A stretch of 64,000 nt of DNA from positions 2,108,001 through 2,172,000 of the forward strand of contig OZ218951.1 of NCBI GenBank assembly GCA_965112735.1, written 5' to 3'. Source of the DNA: Phaeosaccion multiseriatum. Taxonomy: Eukaryota > Protista > Ochrophyta, other classes. A model generated the notes under the pieces. That model did not search any database, was not told the origin of the DNA, and saw only the letters and a list, made by a program, of their open reading frames with translations. Positions 48,705 through 64,000 of the stretch are shown here, in pieces. The translations under genes were made by a program, and so were the position numbers. Every line of letters begins with the position of its first letter. Position 1 is the first letter of the stretch.

Positions 48705-51700
48705 TCTCCTTTTCAACGCAGGCCCTGGCACCCCCGGCTCCGTGCTGCCACCCACCCGACGTATGAGCGCCCCATCCCCGTCCAGCGAGAGGGACTCCGA
48801 CTTCTACGCCAGCAGTCCCACTCGCCAGCCGGCCCGACGGGGCAGCAGCTCCAAGAGCAAGCAGCAGCAGTTGGTGATACAGCAGGGGGGGAGGGGGGAG
48901 GGGAGGGAGGAGGAGGAAGGGGGGCGCTTGCGCAGAAGAGGCAGCGGCACAAGGAATGATCCGGCCATGGCTGCGGAAGGCGATGTATCGGCAATTCTTT
49001 CCGTGGTGCAAGTAGGGGGGGAAGGAGGAGGAGGCACAGCAGCAGCAGCAGCAGCAGCAGCAGGAGGAGGAGGGGGAGGAGGAGGTGGAACAGCAGAAAG
49101 AGGAGCAGGAGGAGGCGCAAGATGGGGGGGGAGCAGGAGGTCGTCGTCGCCGGCCAAAGAGATGCGGACAGTGAGCTTCAGTCAGCAAGGACCGCTCATG
49201 CCTGGTGAGCATGCAAGCACCGCCCCCGCCGGAGCTGCGCACCCCTTCTTTCCGCCCTCTCCTTCCCCAGGGGGTGCACCTCCTGGTGCTGCTGCTGCTG
49301 CTGTTGCTGCTCACAGCCCAAGCTTCAGCCGCAGAGCAAGCTCACCCTCCACTGGCGCCAGCAGCAGTCATATGGGCAGCAGCAGCAGCAGCAGCCAGAG
49401 GAGAGGGACATGGCAGGCGCAAGGGCAAGGGCGAGGGCACGGCGAGGGCCACCTCCTTCCAAGCCCTCTCCGGAGGGCGGGGGGGAAGCTTCACCTCGAC
49501 AGCAACAGCAGCAATGACGGCGGCGGCGGTGCCGGCGGCAGACGAGGCAGCAGCAGCCCTCTGAGCGTCGTTGCAGGGGGTGGTGCGGGTGGGCGCACCT
49601 ACGCACACTCTCCAGCAGGGCGGCCAGTTTCAGTGCCAGTGCGAGCCTACGACGGCCTGCTGGATGATGACGACGACGCGGAGTACCAACTGGGCGAAGA
49701 GGAGGACGATGAGGATGAGGCAGACCGCCGCAAGAAGGACTGGCCCACGCAACTCCTCACCGCCACACAGGGGAGCGCCACGCTGGGCAAGTCGGTACGT
49801 GTGTGGGTGCGTGCGTGTGCGTGTGCGTGCGTGTGTGTGTGCGTGTGTGTATGTGTGTGGTGTGTGAGTGCGTGGGTGTGCGCGCGTGCGTGTGTGTGTG
49901 CGTGTGTGCGCGGGCGCTTATGTGTTGACCCCTTCCGAAGAGTCAACCGAAGATACCGAAGATACAGGTACCCCCTATCCATTTATTCCATCAGTCACCC
50001 CACTCATTCCTCCCCTCCTTCGACCACTGCTGCCACCGGCTCTACTGCTGTTGCTGTGTACATTTGGGCTGCCTCAGATGCCCAAGGAGGCCTCCCTGCG
50101 CAACAAGGTGGACTACTTGATCATGGTGTGCAGCAACGCGGAGAACTACGCCAAGACAGAAATCAAGAAGGTCCGTTTCTGCCTCTGTGTCCTCCTCCTC
50201 CTCCTCCTCCTCCTCCTCCTCCTCCTCCTCCTCCTCCTCCTCCTCCTCCTCCTCGGCTCCAGACTGGCCTAGAAGCCTATGCTCTAGGCCCTAGGCCGAG
50301 CGGCCTACGCCCGCTCTAGGCCTAGGCCGGCGGCCGTCGGCCGCTCTAGGCCGGCCATTTTTTCTCCCTAGGCCGGCGGTTCTAGGCCTAGGCCTCGACC
50401 TATCTGATTAGTAATTACGGCCGGCGCAGCCGGCCTGATTACTGATTCTGACCGGCGCCAGCCGGCCTGAGTACTGATTATGCGCCAGCCGGGGGCTGAT
50501 TACTGATTACGGCCGGCGCACACCGTAATCTTGTCCAGGGTCGAGGGAGGGAGGGAGGGAGGGAGGGAGGGAGGGAGGGAGGGAGGGAGGGAGGGAGGGA
50601 GGGAGGGAGGGAGGGAGGGAGGGAGGGAGGGAGGGAGGGAGGGAGGGAGGGAGGGAGGGAGGGAGGGAGGGAGGGAGGGAGGGAGGGAGGGAGGGAGGGA
50701 GGGAGGGAGGGAGGGAGGGAGGGAGGGAGGGAGGGAGGGAGGGAGGGAGGGAGGGAGGGAGGGAGGGAGGGAGGGAGGGAGGGAGCGAGCGAGGGAGGGA
50801 GGGAGCGAGGGAGGGAGGGAGGGAGGGAGGGAGGGAGGGAGGGAGGGAGGGAGGGAGGGAGGGAGGGAGGGAGGGAGGGAGGGAGGGAGGGAGGGAGGGA
50901 GGGAGGGAGGGAGGGAGGGGGGAGGGAGGGAGGGAGGGAGGGAGGGAGGGAGGGAGGGAGGGAGGGAGGGAGGGAGGGAGGGAGGAGGGAGGGAGGGAGG
51001 GAGGGAGGGAGGGAAGGAGGGAGGGAGGGAAGGAGGGAAGGAGGGAGGGAGGGAGGGAGGAAGGGAGGGAGCGAGGGAGGGAGGGAGGGAGGGAGGGAGG
51101 GAGGGAGGGAGGGAGGGAGAGAGGGAGGGAGGGAGGGAAGAAGGGAGGGAGGGAGGGAGGGAGGGAGGGAGGGAGGGAGGGAGGGAGGGAGGGAGGGAGG
51201 GAGGGAGGGAGGGAGGGAGGGAGGGAGGGAGGGAGGGAGGGAGGGAGGGAGGGAGGGAGGGAGGGAGGGAGGGAGGGAGGGAGGGAGGGAGGGAGGGAGG
51301 GAGCGAGGGAGGGAGGGAGGGAGGGAGGGAGGGAGGGAGGGAGGGAGGGAGGGAGGGAGAAAAGGAGGGAGGGAGGGAGGAGGGAGGGAAGGAGGGAGGG
51401 AGGGAGGGAGGGAGGGAGGGAGGGGAGGGAGGGAAGGAGGGAGGGAGGGAGGGAGGGAAGGAGGTAGGTAGGTAGGGAGGGAGGGAGGGAGGGAGGGAGG
51501 GAGGGAGGGAGGGAGGGAGGGAGGGAGGGAGTCGACCCTGGACAAGATCATCTGATTCTGATTACAGCCGGTGACCAGCCGGCCTGATTACTGATTTTGC
51601 GCCGGCCGGGGGCTGATTACTGGTTACGGCCGGCGCACACCGTAATCTTGTCCAGGGTCGATAGGCCTAGGCCGGGGGGGCTAGGGAAGGAGGGAGGGAG

Positions 51701-53218
51701 GGAGGGAGGGAGGGAGGGAGGGAGGGAGGGAGGGAGGGAGGGAGGGAGGGAGGGAGGGAGGGAGGGAGGGAGGGAGGGAGGGAGGGAGGGAGGGAGGGAG
51801 GGAGGGAGGGAGGGAGGGAAGGAGGGAGGGAGGGAAGGAGGGAGGGAAGGAGGGAGGGAGGGAGGGAGGGAGGGAGGGAGGGAAGGAGGGAGGGAGGGAG
51901 GGAGGGAGGGAAGGAGGTAGGGAGGGAGGGAGGGAGGGAGGGAGGGAGGGAGGGAGGGAGGGAGGGAGGGAGCGAGCGAGGGAGGGAGGGAGGGAGGGAG
52001 GGAGGGAGGGAGCGAGCGAGGGAGGGAGGGAGGGAGGGAGGGAGGGAGGGAGGGAGGGAGGGAGGGAGGGAGGGAGGGAGGGAGGGAGGGAGTCGACCCT
52101 GGACAAGATCATCTGATTCTGATTACAGCCGGTGACCAGCCGGCCTGATTACTGATTTTGCGCCGGCCGGGGGCTGATTACTGGTTACGGCCGGCGCACA
52201 CCGTAATCTTGTCCAGGGTCGATAGGCCTAGGCCGGGGGGGCTGCGCCAAAAATAGGCCTAGGCCGGGGACCTGCGGCCCCCTCTAGGCCTAGGCCGGGG
52301 GCCTGCGGCCCCCCTAGGCCGGCCGAGTTTCGTCTCTAGGCCTAGGCTTCTAGGCCAGTCTGGAGCCGATCCTCCTCCTCCTCCTCCTCCTCCTCCTCCT
52401 TGTCCTCCCCATTCTCCTTGTCCTTGCCCTTCTTCTTGTCCTTCTCCTTCTCTTGCCCCACCCACCCCACCCACCCTCCCCTCCCCTGCCCTCCCCTCTC
52501 AGCTGAAACTGATCCGATCGGGGCCTCAGCTCCTTGAGTCTCTCCACGAGACGAGTGGCGATCTGAAACGGCAGAGGCAAAAGATCCTCGCTGTGTATGA
52601 CGCACGGGAGGTGCGACGCACGGCGGATCGCCTTGGGGACACGCTCAAGCGTGTATATGAGGTACTCGGAGACCTCGAGAAGCGGTACGTAATAATGTAC
52701 GTAAGGGTTTGTGTGTGTACGTGCGTGTGCAGCATGTGTGTGTGTGTGCGTGTCCGTGCGTGCGCGTGCGTGCGTGTGGGTGTACTCCTCTCAAGCGCAC
52801 ATATGAGGTGCTTGGAGACCTCGAGAAGTGGTCCGTAACGCCGCACGTAAGGGTGCGCGCGCGCGCGTGTGCGTGCTTCCTCCTCCTACCCACCCACCTC
52901 ACCCTACCCCCTCATTCATCCCACACTCACCACAGCACCCGCCTCTTCGGCTACAAGAAGGGGTTCGGCAAGCGTCTGCAGCAGCTCGTGCATGATCTCG
53001 GCACCCACAGCAACGCTCTCCTCGCCGCCACCTCCCTCGCCATCGCAGACAGACCGCATATGCTGTACATGGTCGACGGCGAAGAGGAGGTGAGAGGAAA
53101 TTTCGATGACTTACTGTACGGGAATCACCCGAAGAATTACGGAAGTATATTGACTTATGGGAATTCACGTAGGAATTGCGCAATCGTGTGTGTGTGTGCG
53201 TGTGTGTGTGTGTGCGTG

Positions 53219-53250
<32 letters not shown>

Positions 53251-56200
53251 AGGAGGTGAGGTGAGGTGAGGTGAGGGGGTGGGCGTGTGCGGTTGTGTGG
53301 TTGTGTGGGTGTGTGGGTGGGTAGGTGGGTGTCGGTGCGGGTGCGTTCGGGTGTGCGTGTATGTGTGAGGGAAGGCAGGGTGAGTGTGCTCGCATGCCTG
53401 CGTGCATACATGAGTAAACCTGTACCCTGCCCTTCTCTGACGTGCAAATCTCTCTCTCTCTCTCTCTCCGGCCGCCCACCATCTCTCTCTTCATGGGGTG
53501 AATGGGTATCAGCCCCCCAAGGACAAGAAGGAGGAGCTGCTGAACAAGTGCGGCGAGGCGGACAGGGCCTTCTTCGGTAGAGGGGTCGTGCCCAACTACG
53601 AGAAGGCCTTTGAGGTACGTACCAAGAACTTTGGAAGCATTGAGTGTCAGGCCTTGCTACTACTCGGTGTCGGGCCTTAAGGACTCCGTGTGAGGCCCTG
53701 GTAGTACTCGGTGTCAGGCCTTGCTACTACTCGGTGTCAGGTCCTGTGAGTACTCGGTTTCAGGCTCTGTGTGGGTACAATTTCCCGGCCTTCGTTTGCT
53801 TACTGAATTGCGCACAACAATTTGCGTGTGCATGTGTGTGCGCTTGTGTGTGTGCGTGCGTGTGTGTGTGTGTGTGCGTGCGTGCGCTCGTGTGTGTGAA
53901 TGTGCGTGCGTGTGTGCGTGCGTGTGTGCGTGCGTGCGTGCTCTCGTGCGTGTGTGTGTGAGTGCGTACGGGGAGGGTATCTCACCTCGCCGCTTTCCCC
54001 CCTACCCCCCCACACACACCAACAACACCACACCAACACACCACACACAACGAAACACCCCCCCCCCTACCCCCCTGAACAACCAACAGCTATACCTGTG
54101 GGCGGCGGAGCGCGGCCTTGCCGAGGCCATGTACATGCTTGCATGCATGTTCAGAGACGGACGCTTCGTTGAGCCGGACTTGGAGAAGAGCCAGGTGGGT
54201 GGGTACGTGGGTGGGTGGGTGGGTAGGTGGGGAGGGAAGGGGTGGGTGGATGGTGGAAAGTGGATGGTGGTAAGGTAGACAGGGGAAGGGAGAGGGAGGG
54301 GGGCGGTAGAGTAGACCCCGGGGGTGGAAGAAAGCACCACTATATTAGCCGCTTACATTCATTCCCTCCCTCCCGCCCTCAACTGTTCAAAACGACGGAA
54401 CACAACCACGGAACAACCCGACGGAACTTCCCACCCCCCCCTGGGTAGGAGTGGCTGACGGCGGCGACGAAGAAGCGCTACGGCCCTGCTCAGAACGAAT
54501 TGGCACTGCTCCTCATCGGACAGGCAGAGCGGATTGAGCACCTGCATCCTGACATCAGGTACTACTGCTGCCCGACTGACTGACTGACCGACTGACTGAC
54601 TGGCTGACTGACTGACTGACTGACTGACCGACTGACTGACCGACTGACTGACTGACTGACTGACTGGCTGACTGGCTGACTGCGACGAGAGAGAGAGACG
54701 GAGAGAGAGGGAGAGAGAGAGGGAGAGAGAGAGGGAGAGAAAGAGAGGGAGAGAAAGAGGGGGAGAGAAAGAGAAAGAGAGAGAGAGAGAGGGAGAGAGA
54801 GGAGAGAGTTTCCATCATCGATCGATGTACACACACACGACGAACCTTTGATACGTAAAAATACGCATCAATTGATATAATCGCACGGACAGTATGCCCT
54901 CCTTACTTTGAGCACCTGGGTGAAGCATGTACTGAAGCACCTGGTGAAGCATGTACTGAACCCTGCCGCCCCAAACCATCCCCATGTGTGTCGACTATGG
55001 CATACGATGATAACAGAGCGGCGGGGGGGAATGGGCAGCACGGGAGGCCCAAGTGTGAGGAGGAGCAGGTGGCGCTCACCATGCGGGAAAAGCAGCAGCG
55101 GCGGCGCAAGGTGGAGGAGAACGAGAGTAAGAGGAAGCAGCAGCTGCAGCAGCAGCAGCAGAAGCAGCGTGAGAAGAAGAGGAAGAGGATGAAGAGGGAA
55201 AAGGAGAAGGAGCGCCTGCGGAACGAGAAGGCCCGGCGCAGGGAGGAGAAAAGAGAGAGGAGAGAGGCCAAGGAGGCGCAAAGGTTGAGTGGTGTGGCGC
55301 AGCAACGAGGGAGAGGGGGCTGGGGCAGACATATCACCCTGGGAGATGGTGAGGGAGGGGAGGGGGGGCACGCGTCGAACGAGGAGAAGAGCACCGACAG
55401 CGACAGCAGCTTTGGAGAGAGTGAGGAGGAGGAGGAGGAGGAGGAGAAGGAGGAGGAGGAGGAGGAGGAGGATGATGATGATGAGGGTGATGATGATGTT
55501 GGTGATTCGTATAACGAGGGGGATGGGGAGGACGCTGGTGACGCCACTGCCCATCTCGATAGTCTCATTGACCATCGCAACAAGCCAAAGAGGAGGAGCG
55601 ATGATGGTCACACACACTCCTCAGGAGGGGAGGATCAAGAGGAGAAGGAGAGACAAGATGAATGCGAGTACGAGCTCGAAGAGGAGGAGGAGGAATATGA
55701 GAATGATGAGGGCGAAGAAGGCGAATCGTACATCGGTGGCGGGGGAGGGGGCACGTACCTGGGTCTGACTCGCCCCCCCGGGTTGTCTGCAGATGACGAC
55801 GACGCGTGGGAGAGGGCCACACAGCTCCGCACCAAGGCGTGGCATCTGTTCAGCTCGGGTATGTCAGCGAAAGAGAGACGTCGCCAGTCAAAGTCAAAGG
55901 CTGATGCACTGCAACCCCCTCTCAGTCTCATAGGCACACTCAACCTTCCCTTCCCTTCCCGTCCCTTCCCTTCCCTTCCCTCCCCTCCCCTCCCCTCCCC
56001 TCCCCTCCCCTCCCCTCCCCTCCCCCTACCGTACCCTACCCTCTTCACAGCGGCAAAGGGCGGCCATACGGAGGCTATGACCAACCTCGGCTCCATCTGC
56101 CAGGCCAACAGCCGCATCAAGGAGGCAGCGGAGTGGTTCTCTTTGGCCGCCAACCCCGACAAGAGCGCTAACAACCCCCGGGCGCAGAACTATCTGGGCA

Positions 56201-56431
56201 TGTTGTACTACAACGGACAGGTGTGAATGGGGCATGTATTGCTCGGGGGAGGGGCGGGGGGCTATTGCCTTAGGGCAGTGAAAGGAGGGGAGAGAGGGAG
56301 AGAGGGGAAGGAAGGAGGGAGGGAGAGAGGGGAGGAGGCTGCCTTCTTCTTCTTCGTCTTCGTCTTCCCGGTCCCTGCCACTGTCCTCTGCCCTGCTCTG
56401 CTCAGTCTCCTTGCATACGCGGCATGGTCAT

Positions 56432-56468
<37 letters not shown>

Positions 56469-56469
56469 A

Positions 56470-56523
<54 letters not shown>

Positions 56524-56979
56524 ACACGCACACACACACACACATACACACACACACATACACACACACACACATACACAGGGCGTGGGTCGGCAGGACC
56601 GCGACGAAGCAGCTCGATGGTTCACGCGCAGTGCGAGGCAAGGCTTCGCGTTGGGCTGCAATAACCTCGGCCTGTGTTATGAGGCAGGGCATGGAGTACC
56701 GAGGAAGGACTACAACAGGGCGGTGGACATGTACCGACAGGCCGTGGAGGGGGGCAGCGCACTCGCCATGGGCAATCTTGCTTACTTGCTCGCCAGGGAG
56801 GCGCTTCATACGCTTAGGTAGGGGGAATGGGGGTTGGGATGTGTATATTGACTTATGGCAATCAACTCTAAGACTTACGTAATTTTGTTGTGGGGGTGGG
56901 GACTATTACCTTGTCATGGCGCACCATTCACCCATACCCATATACCTACACGACCCCCCTTCCTTACGGTACTGTGATC

Positions 56980-57016
<37 letters not shown>

Positions 57017-58284
57017 CCTCCCTCCCTCTCTCTACCCACAGCTCTATGCGCGACCACGCCAACGTCATGGCCGCCTCCCGGCCCTTGTATGGTAGTGCGA
57101 GTGTTAAAGGAGCCGGTGCCTGGTGTCAGGCCATCCCCGGCACAATGCGCTTTGAAGACCCCGGGGTGGGGAGGATGCGCACGGTTACAGAAAATCTCAG
57201 AGCTTCCGATGTTGTGTACAGCGGTGAGTGAGTGAGTGAGTGAGGGAAGGAGGGAGGGAGGGAGGGAGGGAGCGAGGGACGGAGGGAGGGAGGGAGGGAG
57301 GGAGGGAGGGAGGAAAGGAGGGAGGGAAGGAACGAAAGAGTCAGTCAGTCAGTCAGTCACTTAGTCGGTCAGTCAAGCTGATTGAGGGGGAGCTTCTACT
57401 CTTCTACTACATCTGTATCCTTTGTATTATAGTGCGAGGCGTAGAGGAGCAAGGCGTATCCGGGGCAAGAACCAAAAGGGTCACTGCATTGAACGTGCCT
57501 TTGCTTTCACGCTGCCCTGTCCGCAGACATGATGAAGCAACTCAAGGAGGCTGCGACCCTCTTCCGGAGAGCCGCAGATGAAGGTCAGTGGCGCGGAGGG
57601 GTAGTAGGCCTGGGGTGGTTGGTTGGTTGGTTTTTTTGTTTGGTTGGTCGATTGGTTGGTTGGTTGGTCGATTGTTTGGTTGGTCGATTGGTTGGTGGGT
57701 TGGGTGTTTGCTTTACAGGCCACGATATCCGAACCCCATGCTTGCAGGAGGGGAGGTTCATGCTGTTGCCCTCTTTAGCACTGTCGGCATCTTCGCACTT
57801 GAACCTCACCCCTCACTCCTCGCTCCTCACTCCTCACCCCTCACTCCACACTCCTCACCCACTCCTCACTCCTCACCCCTCACTCCTCACTCCTCACTCC
57901 TCACTCCTCACTCCTCACTCCCCACACCTCACTCCTCACACCTCACCCCTCACTCCTCACTCCTGCTCTGCCGCCCTGCGTCACAAGCAATCATATGACT
58001 CACTCATCTTTCACCCCTCTTCGCTACTCACCCCTCCCTACTCTTCGCTAATGGTAACATTAACTTAATCCTCACCTACATAAGGGTAACATTAACTTAA
58101 TCCTCACCTACATGCACTCACTCACATACTCGTGTGGGCCTCGCTTTCCGTCTGTCTGTGCATGTGCATTCTCTCCCTTTCTTTTGTCTCTCCTTCTTGC
58201 TCTCTCCTCCCCTCTCTCTCCCCCTCTCTCTCTGTGTCTGCCTGTCTCGATCTTTCCTCTCCCTCTTTGATGCCCCGCAACTAC

Positions 58285-58356
<72 letters not shown>

Positions 58357-59750
58357 CCACCACCACCACCACCACCACCACCACCACCGAGCACAGGCGT
58401 TGTGGACGCCTCCTACCAGCTGGGTCGCCTCTACGAGCAAGGACTGGGGCTGCCCAGAGACCCTGTCGCCGCCTTTGAGAACTTCCGAGCGGCCGCAGAC
58501 GCTCCTCCCTCCACCCATCATCCACAGGGCGGGCACCCCAGCGCCGCTCTCTGTGCCGCAAACATGCTCTACTCCGGGGTGGGATGTGGCGCGAGCCCTG
58601 ACGAGGCAGTGGGGTACTATCTGCAGGCCGCAGCGGCAGGGGAGGGGGCCGCAATGAACTGTTTGGGCCTCATGTACGAGACAGGGAAGGGCGTGCGCAA
58701 GCGAGACTGGACAGAGGCGCTTGGATGGTACCAAATGGCAGCAGAGGAAGGTTCGTCTGCGGATGGGGCGTTCAATGCGGCGCTGCTGTTAGAGAAGGGC
58801 AACCCCCTCACTTTGCTGCAGGCCATGGCGGAGATCCCGGGGGATATGCATGCCTTTCGGGCCAGGAGCGGCGAGTTTTGCAAGGTGGGGATGCGGGAGA
58901 GAGGAAGGAAGGAAGGAAGGAAGGAAGGAAGGAAGGAAGGAAGGAAGGAAGAAAGAATGAATGAAAGAAAGAAAGGAAGGAAGGAAGGAAGGAAGGAAGG
59001 AACGGAGGAAGGAAGGAAGGAACGAAGGGAGGAAGGAGGGAAGGAAGGAAAGGGAGAACAAGTTTTTGTGTGCATGCGTGCAAAACCTTGTCACGTGCAA
59101 AAGACCGCAGCCGCATTCCCCTCTTCTTACCCATCCTCTCCCCCTCCTCTCCTATCCCCTCCTCTTCTCTCCTCTCCTATCCTCTCCTGTCCCCTCCTCC
59201 TCTCTCCTCCCTTCTCCCCTCCTTTCCTCTCCCATCCTCTCCTCTCCTCTCTCCTCTCCCCTCCCCTCCCCTCCTATCCTACCCCCCGTCCCCTTACCTC
59301 CTCCTCTTCCTCCTGCTCCTCCCATTTCTCCTTCCCCTCCCTCAGGCTGTGGGAGACCACGTCCAGGCACTCGCAATGTACGAGAAAGCAAAGGAGCTTG
59401 GCCACCCCATGGCCGAGGGAGAGGCCCTTCGTCTGAGATTGAGGGTGCGAATGGACACTGTGGCGGACGGGATGGTGGGGCGCTCCAATGACCTCAAGAA
59501 GGAGCGTTTCGTGCAGCAGCAGCAGTTGGTGATACAGCAGCAGCGAGAGCAGCTGCAGCAAGGGCAAGGGAAGGGGGAAGGGGACGGTGAAGACGGTCAT
59601 CAGCGGCGGCAGCAGCGCGAGCAGCAGGAGGAGAAGGAGGAGAGTCGGCGGAGGGAGAGGAAGAAGGCATCACACCCATCATACGGGCCGGAGACGGAGG
59701 CGAGCGGAGACGAGGCAGAGAATGGGTCTGTGCGGATGTATGACCAGTGA
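46574..59750 (+). CDS. Large multi-exon Sel1-like repeat protein with low-complexity N-terminus
   Basis: Sel1 repeats: [109 protein letters not shown]. Probable GC-AG first intron (AG|GCAAGT, ~46805). Whether the 46.6-50 kb exons belong to the same transcript is inferred. Confidence 0.7.
50253..52369. mobile_element. Non-autonomous TIR element (MITE-like) inserted in an intronic (CCT)n tract
   Basis: Perfect 27-bp TIR TCGGCTCCAGACTGGCCTAGAAGCCTA / TAGGCTTCTAGGCCAGTCTGGAGCCGA, with (CCT)n on both flanks. No credible coding sequence. Subterminal CCTAGG/AGGCCT/CGGCCG palindrome arrays and internal (GGAG)n tracts. Confidence 0.85.
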
Positions 59751-60733
59751 ACATAAGTGCTGCAGCATGTAACGCATGTAACCGCCTTCCATCATACATC
59801 CATAGTGCATGCATCGATCTGTCTTCCGATTCGTATTTTGTCCTTTCTCTACTGATGCAGCAGTCACTAGAAGTAAAGCTTTCCCGCACCAGCAATCACC
59901 GACTTGGGCGCTCGTTCAGGCCATGCCTCGGGCTTGACCCCTGTTGGCCTGCGCCTGCCTATACATGCACGCCACCGCCTCACGACTGTGCTCATCCGCT
60001 CATCCAGCTCCGGCTCACTCGGGCTCTTGCTTTGCCGGTGCTTCCTCGGACTCGCTTGGGCGGTCTTGTGGCAGAGGAGGCCTCCTCCCCTCCTCCCCCC
60101 CTCCTGGGGTACCAACCAGTGTGGTACCTGAGCTATTGGTGCCGCCGCTGCTGCTGTTGCTAGTGCTGGTGCTAGTGCTGGTGGTGCTGGGTGGTGGTGC
60201 TGCTGCCGCGTGACAATCTCGGTATCCGGCTCCGCTGCCGTGTTACCGACATGGCATCATCAGGAGAGTGAGGAGAGTCACCGGAACCGGGGCGCTGTCT
60301 GTGGCGCAATCATCAACATGACAGTCCGCTCGCAGAAGGGCCGTCACTACATCTCCTTACCGCCTGCCTGTCCCCCCCCCCCCCTTTGCAGCTGCCTGCC
60401 TGCTCTACTCGCGCAACTTGCCTTCAACTTGTCGCTGGACCGCAGTAGTGACGTGTGCCCTGGTGAGGTGTTGGTTCCTCTTCCTCTTCCTCTTCCTCTT
60501 CCTCTTCACTGGCGAGCGCGTGCCTCTTGAGAGGGACGGTCGTCAGTGTGAGCACGGTGCATTCATTCGACCCTCCCTCGAACGGAACGACCCATCCCCA
60601 CACACCACGTTCCACTTTCCAATTTCCCGTGCGCACTTCTCAACGCCACAGACGCCACCTACCACCCCGCCATCTACCTCCATCTCCTCACGTGCTGCTG
60701 CTGTTGCTGCTGCACGAGTTGGTCATTCACGCT

Positions 60734-63703
<2,970 letters not shown>

Positions 63704-64000
63704 CTGAGTCAGCACAGGAGGGTCACGGACAGGGTCAGGGTGAGGGTGAGGGTGAGGGTCAGAGTGAGAGAGAAGGCCATGTCTCTCTTCCTCAGTCGAC
63801 GGGGCGTGTGGGGGAAAGCCATCCTCCTTTACCCAAGGGCGCCAAGGGAACACATGCCCCTTGTACTTGTCCTGTCTGTCCTCTGCATGTACTCATCCTC
63901 TGCCATGCTCCAAAGTAACACACCAGGACCATCCTCATCGTCCCCACAATTTCATGTACCCTTGCAACTCAGTGCCTTCCCTTCGCATCATCGCACACTC

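Noticed and set aside
58285-58390. Poly-Gln/poly-Pro coding tract in ORF 58132..59436
   Set aside because: Falls in intron 57584-58396. Splicing gives the clean Sel1 repeat [14 protein letters not shown].
59780-60720. Short ORFs between the Sel1 and methyltransferase genes
   Set aside because: No consistent splice model or recognisable motif. Probably convergent 3' UTRs or a decayed fragment.

Overview
Eukaryotic genomic DNA: GC-rich, with spliceosomal GT-AG introns full of microsatellites. Gene content and style suggest a stramenopile alga (inference only). Most long ORFs in the supplied track are microsatellite read-throughs, so gene models were rebuilt by hand from splice signals. The window has two halves. 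(1) 1-31 kb is an accessory tandem array of ~12.6-12.8 kb units. Each unit carries a + strand ankyrin-repeat gene (family A) with variable repeat number and hypervariable surface positions, a minus-strand paralogous ankyrin pseudogene (family B) that lies head-to-head with the next unit's A gene, an F-box/CPW-type ankyrin pseudogene, a (GGAG)n block, and two divergently oriented micro-exon genes that the ORF track misses. These micro-exon genes encode signal peptide + RxL-delimited peptide precursors, one acidic/Pro-rich and one Trp/Gly/Lys-rich, with one peptide per phase-2 symmetric exon. A complete Sola-like DNA transposon with TIRs and a likely 4-bp TSD lies at 1992-4821. (2) 31-64 kb is single-copy: ORC2 with a ~1100-aa N-terminal extension, a divergent ankyrin gene, a single-pass membrane protein, a large Sel1-repeat gene whose intron holds a microsatellite-carrying MITE-like element, and the 3' part of a COG4976-like SAM methyltransferase. 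The 12-mer GTTGGTGATACA recurs 7 times in 28 kb, on both strands, in different reading frames and in introns, usually as TTGGTGATA inside (CAG)-like tracts. Best candidates for undescribed biology: the exon-modular RxL peptide precursor pair, the dispersed 12-mer, and the DARPin-like diversified ankyrin array.
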